Virus record (IMG/VR): IMGVR_UViG_3300022839_000006
Coordinates: 1-64,000 of that record
Length of the DNA: 64,000 nt
Strand: one strand, 5' to 3'
This document shows, in pieces, positions 8,664-18,439 of the stretch. The first letter of the stretch is position 1. Every line of letters begins with the position of its first letter. The position numbers were made by a program, and so were the translations under genes. The notes under the pieces are model-generated. The model was not told the origin of the DNA, did not search any database, and was given only the letters and a program-made list of their open reading frames with translations.

Positions 8664-9197
8664 ATGAAGATGATTGACTATGATGTACTGAAGAAGCAGA
8701 TTGACGCGATCAAAGGAACCACGTTTGCTGGTCTGACTACAAAGACCTCTGTCAAGCTCAAGGGTGGCAAGAAGAACCTGCAGCAAGGTCGTGTTACCAA
8801 AACTACAGAGAAGGCAAACATCATGTTGTTTTCCAACTCGTCTGTTAATGGATATGAAGGCATGGTCAAGCGTCGTATGGTTGCAGAAGGCAAAGATCCA
8901 GAGACATTTGTACTCAAGCCAAGGCCATGGGGCAAGCGTATTGACAATAGCCCGTTCATTGAACACAACGGTAAGTATTACCTCGAGTGTTTTTTCATTA
9001 ATGCAGGGACATCTTCATACTTCCTTGACGATGAGCCTATTGACAGGAAAGACGTTGAAGGTTTGGACGATCCGAAAGAGAAGACCGAAACACAAGTGGA
9101 ATCTCAGGGTGGAATTGACGACAAGGTTATACTGAGAACATTTGCTCTCGAGTCTATCCTTTCTATTAAAATCAAGAGTGAGGAGTACACAGCGTAA
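8664..9197 (+). CDS. Conserved hypothetical phage protein
   Basis: RBS aaagga; YEGMVKRRMVAEGKDP..F.LKPRPWG.R..NSPFIEHNGKYYLE pattern. Confidence 0.65.
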   Translation: MKMIDYDVLKKQIDAIKGTTFAGLTTKTSVKLKGGKKNLQQGRVTKTTEKANIMLFSNSSVNGYEGMVKRRMVAEGKDPETFVLKPRPWGKRIDNSPFIEHNGKYYLECFFINAGTSSYFLDDEPIDRKDVEGLDDPKEKTETQVESQGGIDDKVILRTFALESILSIKIKSEEYTA

Positions 9198-10765
9198 TGG
9201 ATACAGATGAGAACCTTGTTGGGTTATATTTGAAAATTGTTGAGACAAAGAAAGATCTCCCTGTCTACAACGATTTTCTTGCACTTGATGTTTCGAGAAG
9301 TACTATCAGACACCACTTTGGTGGCATCGAAAATCTACACGCACAGATGAGAGAAACACACGAAGAGGAGCTCAAGGTGCACTTCTCTACAGTGGAAAGC
9401 ATTTTTGATCCTAATCGATCAATTGACGTATCAACCACCAAGTTTGTGATTACGACAGCAGTTGCTGACTCACCTGCCGATAAAAATTTCCTTGCTGCTT
9501 TAAAGCTATATTGCGATACGAACAGTGCACAGCTCGTAATCATGCCTTGCGAAAGTGTTACCAACAGTTTCGAGAAAAAGACTGCAACATTTGATCCAAT
9601 CTTCAACGAAGCACACTTTAGAGTTGTCAATAGCGATGTTCAGCTCAACAGCAATTTTTCTTTGTGTAGCATTCAGGTATCTGCAAAACAGATCAAATCA
9701 ATCACAGGCCTTTCACGTCTTGGAAATCGTGAAGGTTCGTATGTGTTCGCAAGCCCAAAACAGTTCCTTGAGTATGTTCCATCAGGTAACAACCGTGGTA
9801 AGAACTATGCTATCATGACGCCCGGTGCGTGTACAAAATCATCATACTATACAGACACGTTTGTATCAAAGCGTCTTTCATATATTGCAGAATCAGACCA
9901 CACAATCGGTGCAATCATTGTTGATATTGAAAACGAAACCAAGTTTGATTTTAGACAGATTCAAGCTGCATCAGACGGATCCTTTATTGATGTGGGGACA
10001 CAATACAACTCTGATGGTACTATGTTGCAAGTTCCTGTCAACGTCATTCTTGGCGATCTACACTCGACGTTTATTGATAAGGAGGCTCTTGATTATTTCA
10101 TAGAAAAATTCAAGAGCCTGAAGGTTGATTGCATTTTTCTCCATGATGTCTTTGACGCATATTCAATAAATCATCACGTTAAAGACATTGCCGAGAAGGC
10201 TGCTAGATCAAATAAAGGGGCAGATTCACTAGAAGAAGAGGTGCTTTTGACATTTGACACAGTCAAGTACGTTGCGGACAAATTAAATCCAACGACCGTG
10301 AACATCGTCAAATCAAACCACGATGAGTTTCTCGATCGTTATCTTGCAGCAGGCACGTATGTTGAGGATCCTAAGAACCATCTATTCAGCTTGAGAATAG
10401 CACCGACGCTTTTTGACGAGGGTGAAGATGTGCTAAAGGCTGCTATGAATCTCGTTGAGACTGTTCCTAACAACTGGAGATTTCTTTCACGTGAAGATTC
10501 TCTGAGGATTGGCGGTGTCGAATGCGCCGCGCACGGTGATCTTGGCATGAACGGAGCCAAGTGTTCTCTGAACTCGTTGGAGAAGATTTACGGTGATAGT
10601 GTCACGGGACATACACACTCTGCAGCAATACAAAGATCAATCTTTAGAGTCGGAACCCTTTCTGATCTTAACATGAGATACAACAGAGGTCCGTCTTCAT
10701 GGACCCAGACTTGTTGTTTACTATACAACAACGGTCAGAAACAACTGATCAATTTCATACGCTAA
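9197..10765 (+). CDS. Large calcineurin-like metallophosphoesterase-domain protein
   Basis: GDLHS, LHDVFD, SNHDE, HGD, GHTHS motifs in the expected order. Confidence 0.75.
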   Translation: MDTDENLVGLYLKIVETKKDLPVYNDFLALDVSRSTIRHHFGGIENLHAQMRETHEEELKVHFSTVESIFDPNRSIDVSTTKFVITTAVADSPADKNFLAALKLYCDTNSAQLVIMPCESVTNSFEKKTATFDPIFNEAHFRVVNSDVQLNSNFSLCSIQVSAKQIKSITGLSRLGNREGSYVFASPKQFLEYVPSGNNRGKNYAIMTPGACTKSSYYTDTFVSKRLSYIAESDHTIGAIIVDIENETKFDFRQIQAASDGSFIDVGTQYNSDGTMLQVPVNVILGDLHSTFIDKEALDYFIEKFKSLKVDCIFLHDVFDAYSINHHVKDIAEKAARSNKGADSLEEEVLLTFDTVKYVADKLNPTTVNIVKSNHDEFLDRYLAAGTYVEDPKNHLFSLRIAPTLFDEGEDVLKAAMNLVETVPNNWRFLSREDSLRIGGVECAAHGDLGMNGAKCSLNSLEKIYGDSVTGHTHSAAIQRSIFRVGTLSDLNMRYNRGPSSWTQTCCLLYNNGQKQLINFIR

Positions 10766-10816
10766 AAACAAGGGAGCTGTAATGGCTCCTTCACATGCAA
10801 AAGTGGGTGAAGTATC

Positions 10817-11026
10817 ATGTTCAACAAAACGATCAGAAAAATCCATCTGATCTTAAACCGACTCCAGCTTATTATTATTATACATCTGATGGAGAGATAC
10901 GACACCTCGAGCAGGGCATTAGACAGCGACACAAATCCTGACTCTGTTTGGCAAGGTGTGCAGAGTTCAGAAGACGTTTCTATTAAACAAGCACACAGAA
11001 TATTTAAAAGACGCTTAGGCAAATAG
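10817..11026 (+). CDS. Hypothetical protein
   Basis: Short ORF only; no recognised motif. Confidence 0.3.
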   Translation: MFNKTIRKIHLILNRLQLIIIIHLMERYDTSSRALDSDTNPDSVWQGVQSSEDVSIKQAHRIFKRRLGK

Positions 11027-11459
11027 GAAAGAGTCACCCCTGTAGGGTATGGCTGATGTTCCTATAAAGCCTAGGCTTTTTCCGTTTCTCTGGAATAAAT
11101 ATCGCCATACACGTGCAAAAGGGAAACGACGATGTTCAAAACGATACGCGATTACTTTACATACTTACGAGTGGTTCAAGATCTGTCACAAATGACAGAC
11201 AACCAGTTGAAGGACATAGGAATCACACGAGGCGATATAAGAAATGTAGCAATGTCGTGTCCGCCTTTATCTGGTCAAGAATCGCGATGAAGTACATAAA
11301 AAACTTCTTTGTATCATACGTTAAAGCAAGAGAACGGAGTGTTGCGCGTCAGCTGTTAACACATTATAACCACCTTCTGGATGATGAAGTCAGAAGAAAC
11401 ATTCAAGAACAGCTTAGGGATAAATAGTCGCGTCCGAATGGCCACTGTATTCTTGGAGA

Positions 11460-12677
11460 GTGAACATGAACTACGAATCGGGACTTGATGTTGCCTTGAA
11501 CCTTCTACGTTCAGAGGGACGTTACAGGACGTTTGTTGATATTGAGCGCAAAAGGGGTGCATATCCTACCGCTACGTGGTACGATATAGATGGAGAACGT
11601 CGAGACATTGTTGTGTGGTGTGGCAACGATTATCTCGGCATGGGTCAACATCCTGTAGTTTTAGAGGCAATGGCTGTTGCACTTGAGGCAACAGGAGCGG
11701 GTTCAGGCGGCACGAGAAACATATCAGGAACCACAGTATACCACGGCAGACTTGAAGCGGAACTGTCTGATTTGCATCAGACAGAGGCTGCTCTTGTATT
11801 CACCTCAGCATACAATGCCAACGATGCTACATTGTCAACGTTGCCCAAGCTCTTTCCAGGCCTCATCATATATTCCGATGCGCTGAATCACGCTTCGATG
11901 ATTGAGGGCATGAGACGTAATGGTGGCGCAAAGCGTATCTTTAGGCACAACGATGTTGACCATCTACGTGATCTACTTGCTGCTGACGATCCATCTGCTC
12001 CAAAGTTAATTGCATTCGAATCTATATACTCGATGGATGGTGATTTTGCACCGATAGAAAGAATATGTGATCTTGCGGATGAATTTAACGCTCTTACGTA
12101 CATTGACGAGGTACATGCTGTCGGCATGTACGGGCCACGTGGAGCAGGCGTATGTGAGCGTGACGGTCTGATGGGTAGAATTGATATTATCAACGGTACA
12201 TTGGCCAAAGCCTACGGCGTGGCAGGTGGCTACATCGCTGGATCAGCCAAGATGTGCGACGCAATACGATCTTATGCGCCAGGATTTATATTTACGTCCT
12301 CTATGCCTCCTGCCGTTGCTGCTGGGGCAGCAGCATCAGTACGTTATTTGAAAACCGCGCAACATATGCGCGACACGCACCTACTTCGTGTCAACATGTT
12401 GAAAGGACACTTTAAAAGGATTGGACTACCTTTGATTGATAACGGCAGTCACATTGTTCCTGTACATGTAGGCAACCCCATCCACTGTAAGGCATTGTCT
12501 GACATGTTACTAGAACAACATGGAATTTATGTGCAGCCTATCAACTTTCCTACGGTCCCACGTGGAACTGAGAGACTTCGGTTCACGCCTTCTCCTGTTC
12601 ACAGCATTGGCCAAATAGACCATTTGGTTCAGGCGATGGACGAACTTTGGCATAGGTGCACACTCGGCCGCTCTTAG
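11460..12677 (+). CDS. hemA: 5-aminolevulinate synthase (PLP-dependent, Shemin pathway)
   Basis: [60 protein letters not shown] (PLP lysine), [18 protein letters not shown]. Confidence 0.96.
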   Translation: MNMNYESGLDVALNLLRSEGRYRTFVDIERKRGAYPTATWYDIDGERRDIVVWCGNDYLGMGQHPVVLEAMAVALEATGAGSGGTRNISGTTVYHGRLEAELSDLHQTEAALVFTSAYNANDATLSTLPKLFPGLIIYSDALNHASMIEGMRRNGGAKRIFRHNDVDHLRDLLAADDPSAPKLIAFESIYSMDGDFAPIERICDLADEFNALTYIDEVHAVGMYGPRGAGVCERDGLMGRIDIINGTLAKAYGVAGGYIAGSAKMCDAIRSYAPGFIFTSSMPPAVAAGAAASVRYLKTAQHMRDTHLLRVNMLKGHFKRIGLPLIDNGSHIVPVHVGNPIHCKALSDMLLEQHGIYVQPINFPTVPRGTERLRFTPSPVHSIGQIDHLVQAMDELWHRCTLGRS

Positions 12678-13009
12678 AAGCTATCGTTGTTATTGGAGCC
12701 TTTTCGTATGCTCATATATGCTTCTTTGCCATAGAACGCAGCCACAATACCTGCCACAGATATAAAATACAAGTCGGCCATCGATGCTAAAATAGAAGCG
12801 TCGAAACTCGTCACAGTCAAACCTATCACAAGCAGCGGATAGGTAACCATCCCGCCAATAGCAACCCACGCCATCTTCCGCTGAGCATCCTCCTTTTTGT
12901 CTGCATTTTCGATTGATGTGAGCTTTTCCATGTTTTTTATTTCTTCGCTATCAATGTTTCCATCACCGTTTGCATCGTGTTCAGAGTTTGTACCTGTGCG
13001 CTTCGACAT
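12674..13009 (-). CDS. Two-TM membrane protein with an EF-hand-like loop
   Basis: [12 protein letters not shown] then AQRKMAW and two hydrophobic helices ending [14 protein letters not shown]; start placed at ATG 13009. Confidence 0.65.
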   Translation of the reverse strand: MSKRTGTNSEHDANGDGNIDSEEIKNMEKLTSIENADKKEDAQRKMAWVAIGGMVTYPLLVIGLTVTSFDASILASMADLYFISVAGIVAAFYGKEAYMSIRKGSNNNDSF

Positions 13010-13097
13010 GTTAATACTTCCTATTAAAATTGCCATAACAAAAGATCATCCATAACTTATTTATACTAACAATCTATTACACACGAGTCTAATTTTA

Positions 13098-13105
13098 TAT
13101 AAATA
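13098..13105 (+). promoter_or_regulatory. T4-type late promoter
   Basis: TATAAATA about 35 nt upstream of ORF 13140. Confidence 0.65.
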
Positions 13106-13139
13106 CCTTCAGAACCCATTATTTACTCGAGGATTTGCT

Positions 13140-14696
13140 GTGACAAAAGAACCTGTCGATGTTATTAACAAGGCTGTAGAGAAGATCGACGACGTCGACA
13201 AGGCCGTAAAGAAGAGAAAAACAGACAATTCAAAATTTGTAGAATTGGACCCAACCACAGCTGATGGCGGCGATCCTATTACAGAAGTGTCAATTCTTGA
13301 CGAGAGAGCCCCACTGTCTATCCAACAGCGACGTGCACGTGGAAGGACGATGAGACGGTATAAAGGGCGCATTGCAATGGCACGTAAACGCGCTGCAAAG
13401 CGTAAGGCTTCACCTGAAAAGTTAAAGACACGTGCACGTAAAAAAGCAAGAGAGATTATTAAGAATAGACTTGCAGCGGGAAAGAAATACTCAGAGATGT
13501 CCTCGTCCGAAAAAATACAACTCGATAAGAGACTTCTTAGAATATCACCCACAGCAATTAATCGGATTGCCACAAGGCAGTTGCCAACCGTTCGAAAAGC
13601 GGAAATGGAGAGACTGGCAAGGGTCCGCAGTACCGACGCATCGCCAACCACAAAAGAGAGCATTGATACGCAGTTTGACAATTTCATAAACGAAATGCGT
13701 GAGTGTCCCCCAAAGGTACATCACCGTGCATTCACTAAAGAGGGTCGGGTCAAATTTGACAGAAGATTTAAAATGTACCGTAGCAAAGAAGATAAATTGG
13801 ACGAACTGTTTGCTCAAAATTTTATTGAAGATGCTGCAGATCTGATGAACATCACAGAGAGCAAGTTGCAAAAAGACAAAGACGATCCTTGCTGGGATGG
13901 CCATGTTCAGCTTGGCACTAAAATGAAAAACGGCAAGGAGGTCCCCAACTGCGTCCCGACCGAATCTACTGATCCATATGACCGCGAACAAGGAACTGAT
14001 AGCCTTGTCAGAATATATAAGGGCGATACACCAGGTCAAAACGAAAACTATTACCAAACAGATCTCGGCTCAGATTTCACAAACCTTACAAGAGGCGATC
14101 GTGTAAGGTTTACACAACATACAATGGACGTAGTGACAGATGGTGAAAAACAGGGAACAGTTGTTGGAAGTACTGTAGAACACCTACGCGTACGCGATTC
14201 GGAAGGATTTCTATACCTTGTGCGTCACCGCGACGCACAATTAATTGAGGATTTGAATTCCATTTTTGAATCGCGTTTTAATGAGAATGTGGTAGAATAC
14301 ACCCTAATGGAAGACGATGAAGTATGTGGTGTATTTACTCAGAGCCAGATGGCCTCTTTCGAAAAGGTTGTCGACAAACTTTTTGCAAAATTTGGGATAA
14401 ACTTTGACTTTACACGACACTTCCGCGACCGGATGTCTGATATAAGAAACAACCCCTGTATCAACGTCAAAGAGCTCGCACTGATGATTAACAAAATTTA
14501 CAAAAAGAAGGTTGCAGGGGTTGACCTGTTGTCTAAACATGTGAATACTGAAGTGGTAATTAAAGACATGCAGACGGATCTTAATATGCCAATAGCAATT
14601 GAATATGATAGGTCGAGAGATGAATTGCGTGTAGTTTCAAAAACAATCATGCGCAAAAAGAACTTCCGTACACCAAATCCTGAGGTCAAAGTGTGA
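13140..14696 (+). CDS. Modular probable virion/head-associated protein
   Basis: Late promoter; very basic segment RRARGRTMRRYKG...; CWDGHVQLGTKMKNGKEVPNCVP motif typical of cyanophage-like head proteins; distinct C-terminal domain. Confidence 0.6.
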   Translation: MTKEPVDVINKAVEKIDDVDKAVKKRKTDNSKFVELDPTTADGGDPITEVSILDERAPLSIQQRRARGRTMRRYKGRIAMARKRAAKRKASPEKLKTRARKKAREIIKNRLAAGKKYSEMSSSEKIQLDKRLLRISPTAINRIATRQLPTVRKAEMERLARVRSTDASPTTKESIDTQFDNFINEMRECPPKVHHRAFTKEGRVKFDRRFKMYRSKEDKLDELFAQNFIEDAADLMNITESKLQKDKDDPCWDGHVQLGTKMKNGKEVPNCVPTESTDPYDREQGTDSLVRIYKGDTPGQNENYYQTDLGSDFTNLTRGDRVRFTQHTMDVVTDGEKQGTVVGSTVEHLRVRDSEGFLYLVRHRDAQLIEDLNSIFESRFNENVVEYTLMEDDEVCGVFTQSQMASFEKVVDKLFAKFGINFDFTRHFRDRMSDIRNNPCINVKELALMINKIYKKKVAGVDLLSKHVNTEVVIKDMQTDLNMPIAIEYDRSRDELRVVSKTIMRKKNFRTPNPEVKV

Positions 14697-15748
14697 TACG
14701 TTTCAAACAATATCTTTCTGAGAGCGCTCAAGCAGCTTCTACATTTAAAGATGCGCGAAGTATTGTATCTTATATCAAGAGCGAAAGGACCAAACAAAAT
14801 TATATTGACGCTCTGGCAGCTCTTGAAATGGCAGCAGAGCAAAAAGAGATATACAACGCAAGGTTCTCTGATCACAAATCGGCCATAACACGTGGAATAG
14901 AATATGCGTACAGGACGTTGTTCGACGAAATAAAGGCTGATGTAATCAGATCAGGCCAAGAAACACATGACCTTTGGAGCATGACATCTGCAGGCGACAT
15001 CAAGAGAATAACGAAGATATTTAATAGCATGTCCCCAAAGATTTCTACAGCAGTTGCGTTCACAGATGCTGTTTCAGGAATACACGATGGTTTCAAGATC
15101 TTAAAGGGCTACGTCAAATCGGGGAAGCCACCTGCTCAGCCGAAACCAGGACAGTTCTACAAGCCTATAGCTTCTGTAGACGCAACAAAATTAGCGTTGA
15201 AGTTTATGAGAGAAGCCTCAGGCTCGTTTTCAAAAGAGTTGAAAGTAAGTGTCACTAATCAAATGATGGGCGCGTATGAAAAAATTCTTACCATTACCGA
15301 TCCAAAAAACTTGCCAAAAGATCCTAACACTCAACAAGTTGCTAATACAATCTTTATTGTAAGAGGTACTCGTAGAGATGCTACACTAGAGCTAATAGAC
15401 GGGCACAAGGCAAGAGTAACAAAATTAATTGATGATAGTGTTGCAATGGTCGTTGATAGATTCGTTGCTAAAAACTCTTCGAAGCTTGCGCTCATACTTC
15501 AGAAAAAAGACACGCCAAAGACACACAAAATTATAAAGACAAATATAAACAACGGCATGGTAGAAAATACTATGGTGTTTGAATTTAATGACGGCAGCAG
15601 TTTTGTCATTACGAGCAGTGTGTTGTTCAAGCGGAGTACAAACGGAAAGCTCTTTTTTCAATATCCAACACGTTTCCGAGACGTGAAGATGGCTGATGGA
15701 TCAGCAATGAAAGGCCCATCTGAAGAAAAAATGATTAAAGAATTTTAG
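14693..15748 (+). CDS. Putative internal head protein
   Basis: N-terminus MIRFKQYLSE resembles the T4 capsid-targeting sequence. Confidence 0.55.
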   Translation: MIRFKQYLSESAQAASTFKDARSIVSYIKSERTKQNYIDALAALEMAAEQKEIYNARFSDHKSAITRGIEYAYRTLFDEIKADVIRSGQETHDLWSMTSAGDIKRITKIFNSMSPKISTAVAFTDAVSGIHDGFKILKGYVKSGKPPAQPKPGQFYKPIASVDATKLALKFMREASGSFSKELKVSVTNQMMGAYEKILTITDPKNLPKDPNTQQVANTIFIVRGTRRDATLELIDGHKARVTKLIDDSVAMVVDRFVAKNSSKLALILQKKDTPKTHKIIKTNINNGMVENTMVFEFNDGSSFVITSSVLFKRSTNGKLFFQYPTRFRDVKMADGSAMKGPSEEKMIKEF

Positions 15749-15772
15749 AAATACATAAAAAGGACAATCCTG

Positions 15773-16306
15773 ATGATTAGATATAAGGCATACACACAAA
15801 GAACAGTTACAGATCCAACGTCCCAGTGGAAAAATACAGCTCCTGTGAAATATGCCAGACATCTCAGTATGTTTTTTGGACAACCTGAAGAATTGACCGA
15901 AAAAAGAGCTGTGTGGTACAACAAAGACGGTTTCATAAGAATAGAAGTGTTGGACGAGTTTGTTCTACACGCCTCACCAACCCCACACCACGATTATGTG
16001 TATTGCTATGTCAATTTAAAAATTCCACACGAAATGGCTGATGACCTAGCAATGAGCAGTGAAAGCATTCTTATCGACAATCTCAAGAGTGAGCTTGGTG
16101 CACGGTGTTCAAGTCTGAGCGCAAATGCAACAACAATACAATACGTAATGGATGTCGTCGAAAAAAGAGTCGTTCCATCCAAAGCAGAGTATGAAAAAAG
16201 AATTAAGTCTATGAGTAAAATGTTCGTGGATGGTGTAAAGTTCGAACTTGATTGGTGGCCCGATAAATCAGGCGACACTGATCCTGATAACCCATATTAT
16301 AAATAA
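15773..16306 (+). CDS. Hypothetical protein, possible internal protein
   Basis: N-terminus MIRYKAY; PTPHHDYVY and ELGARC motifs resemble a bacterial family of unknown function. Confidence 0.55.
   Translation: MIRYKAYTQRTVTDPTSQWKNTAPVKYARHLSMFFGQPEELTEKRAVWYNKDGFIRIEVLDEFVLHASPTPHHDYVYCYVNLKIPHEMADDLAMSSESILIDNLKSELGARCSSLSANATTIQYVMDVVEKRVVPSKAEYEKRIKSMSKMFVDGVKFELDWWPDKSGDTDPDNPYYK
16298..16305 (+). promoter_or_regulatory. T4-type late promoter
   Basis: TATAAATA about 30 nt upstream of ORF 16337 and its RBS aagagga. Confidence 0.7.
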
Positions 16307-16336
16307 CCACAAACAACATTTAAAAAGAGGACTACA

Positions 16337-17089
16337 ATGAAAAGTTTCAAGGAATTCAACGTTACAGAGGGTCACGATCGTTACCCTGGCGATGACATGA
16401 CGCAAAAAGAACTTCGGATTGCTATTAACTCTGCAAGCAACATACTTGAAATGATCGACAACGGTGCCACAATCATGCGGTGGCAGATCAGCGCAATTGT
16501 AAAGGCATCAGACGAACTCGCATCTGTTTACACATCAATGAGTGCTGACATGGGTGATTATGACATGGGTGACGACTCTGACGAGATGGAATATGAGTAC
16601 TCCACCATGTATGGCGAAGGGTACGAGGAAGATGACATTGCGCTCGGTGGAACTATAATATACAAGCAAAACGGAATGTACAACCTTGCAAAGGCGACGA
16701 GGAAAGGTCGTGGCGTGGTTCACACGTCAACAAAAGATACAGTGCCCCTACATAACATTGTATCAACAGACCTGTCAGATTGGAATTCCTTTAAGAACAA
16801 GCCGATCAAAGAATCTACAAACGAGGCAAATAGCCCATACAGAAAAGCTGCCACTGCTTTGTGGAATGCAGCACAACCTTTTAAAGGTAGAGACCGTGAG
16901 GATCTTATGATGCATCATAAGCTTCTGCGTAGTGTAGATCCTGCCGATCACAAATCTTCTTCTGAATTCCTAAGGAATCTTGACACAGCAATGGGGGATA
17001 TTGTTAGCGACGCTGTTCATAGAAATAGCAGCAAAGCAAATTCCTTGAAATGGCACAAGGCTGCAAAAACGACGCGCATCAAGGACTGA
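16337..17089 (+). CDS. Putative internal head protein
   Basis: MKSFKEFNVTE closely resembles T4 IPI MKTFKEF; late promoter; MTQKELR...WQISAIVKASDELASVY module. Confidence 0.6.
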   Translation: MKSFKEFNVTEGHDRYPGDDMTQKELRIAINSASNILEMIDNGATIMRWQISAIVKASDELASVYTSMSADMGDYDMGDDSDEMEYEYSTMYGEGYEEDDIALGGTIIYKQNGMYNLAKATRKGRGVVHTSTKDTVPLHNIVSTDLSDWNSFKNKPIKESTNEANSPYRKAATALWNAAQPFKGRDREDLMMHHKLLRSVDPADHKSSSEFLRNLDTAMGDIVSDAVHRNSSKANSLKWHKAAKTTRIKD

Positions 17090-17099
17090 TGTGCAACAA

Positions 17100-17810
17100 A
17101 TGAAGAAGTTCAGCGAATTTCAAAAAGAATGTAAATATGGCCTCTATTTAGAGGCCATATTTCTACACGAAAAAGGTACACTGGACGAGTTTGAAATTGT
17201 AGGGAGACTAAAAAGGTACTACAATTTTATCAAAGACTTTGCCCAATACGCAAAGGTGAGCATCAAGGACGTTGCTGAACTATTAAAAAACAAGAAGGTG
17301 TTTGATTTTTTCAGCAAGATTAAATTCTCTGTGGGCAATATATTCAAGAGGGTTCAATCAGGATTCAAACACTTTCAGGATCTTAAAAAAGCAATCGCAG
17401 ATTATCTCGCATCAACGAAGGTAGTAAAGTGGACCGAAGAAAAACTCAAAGATCTTGACACATTTCTGTCTAAGCATCCTAAAACGAAAAGAATGGCAGG
17501 CATCGCAGTTGGCGCAATTCTACTATACATCTGGCTGAATATGAGTTTCACAGGCGACTTTGATTATGACTTCGATCAGTCAGCATTGCTAGATGCATTG
17601 TTAGGCAAGTTTACGTTAAGTTCTATTTTTGCAGGTCCTGAAGGTGTTAAGCTGATTTCGCTATTCGTAACAGGTACGTTGTTTAGTTTTCCGTGGCCTG
17701 GTCCACAAGCTGCACTGTTCGTAATTTCCTTGTTGTACGGCCTCGCAAAAACATACAAAGTAAGAGATGTTATGGCCAAACTACAAGTAGCGAGACGAAA
17801 CGTAGTATAA
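17100..17810 (+). CDS. Putative internal protein with C-terminal hydrophobic segments
   Basis: MKKFSEFQKE N-terminus; TM-like MAGIAVGAILLYIWL and LISLFVTG...LFVISLLYGL. Confidence 0.6.
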   Translation: MKKFSEFQKECKYGLYLEAIFLHEKGTLDEFEIVGRLKRYYNFIKDFAQYAKVSIKDVAELLKNKKVFDFFSKIKFSVGNIFKRVQSGFKHFQDLKKAIADYLASTKVVKWTEEKLKDLDTFLSKHPKTKRMAGIAVGAILLYIWLNMSFTGDFDYDFDQSALLDALLGKFTLSSIFAGPEGVKLISLFVTGTLFSFPWPGPQAALFVISLLYGLAKTYKVRDVMAKLQVARRNVV

Positions 17811-17883
17811 CAATCCTCGAAATGCGAACTAATATTTGTGATAAATAGTGGTAACGCATACACAATAACAGAGAAGGTTACAC

Positions 17884-18018
17884 ATGTCCTACAAGAATTT
17901 TAAGATTAGGCAGGAGCGGAAAAAGAGTTCTGTTATTGAAGCGGTTGAGCCTATTATTGAAGCGGTTGAGCCTATTATTGAAGCCAAAAAAAATAAAAAA
18001 ACAAAGGGAGTAGAATAA
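17884..18018 (+). CDS. 44-aa microprotein with IEAVEPI repeats (not in ORF track)
   Basis: MSYKNFKIRQERKKSSVIEAVEPIIEAVEPIIEAKKNKKTKGVE; RBS agaagg; 21-nt tandem repeat. Confidence 0.55.
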   Translation: MSYKNFKIRQERKKSSVIEAVEPIIEAVEPIIEAKKNKKTKGVE

Positions 18019-18019
18019 T

Positions 18020-18433
18020 ATGGCTAGTTGGAGTAGAGTTGACGGTCTTGCACTTACAGGTACAGGTTCCATAACAGTAGACACAAACATCGTAACGGGT
18101 ACAGGCACAGCATTCTTAACAGAAGTTGAGCTGAATAGCCTTATTACACTTGACACAAGCGTTTTCATGGTTAAAGCAATCAACAGCGACGTTGAAATAG
18201 AAGTTCTTCCTATTGCTGAAGTCGGCCTTGCGGCACAAGCTGTACTGCTTTCACAGGCACCAAAGTACTTGCCAGTGACACAGATTGACAATGTACTGTA
18301 CGTTGAAGTGGATGAGATTAGTGCTCTCACGCGTGCCGATGGCATTAAGACACCTGGTTGGACGTTGTATGAGGAATATGGAGACGGACGCAAACGCGTT
18401 GAAACTCTAGTTGCGATGAAGTCGACCACGTAA
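18020..18433 (+). CDS. Probable virion structural protein
   Basis: VTGTGTAF beta module and TPGWTLYEEY...KRVETLVAM C-terminus typical of T4-like aquatic phage virion proteins. Confidence 0.6.
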   Translation: MASWSRVDGLALTGTGSITVDTNIVTGTGTAFLTEVELNSLITLDTSVFMVKAINSDVEIEVLPIAEVGLAAQAVLLSQAPKYLPVTQIDNVLYVEVDEISALTRADGIKTPGWTLYEEYGDGRKRVETLVAMKSTT

Positions 18434-18439
18434 TACAAC

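Noticed and set aside
11460-12677. Host chromosome contamination explaining hemA
   Set aside because: Flanked on both sides by phage-type genes with no other host operon genes; read-level confirmation is still advisable
13109-14875. Several long minus-strand ORFs
   Set aside because: Shadows of the 518-aa and 351-aa plus-strand genes; no motifs or RBSs
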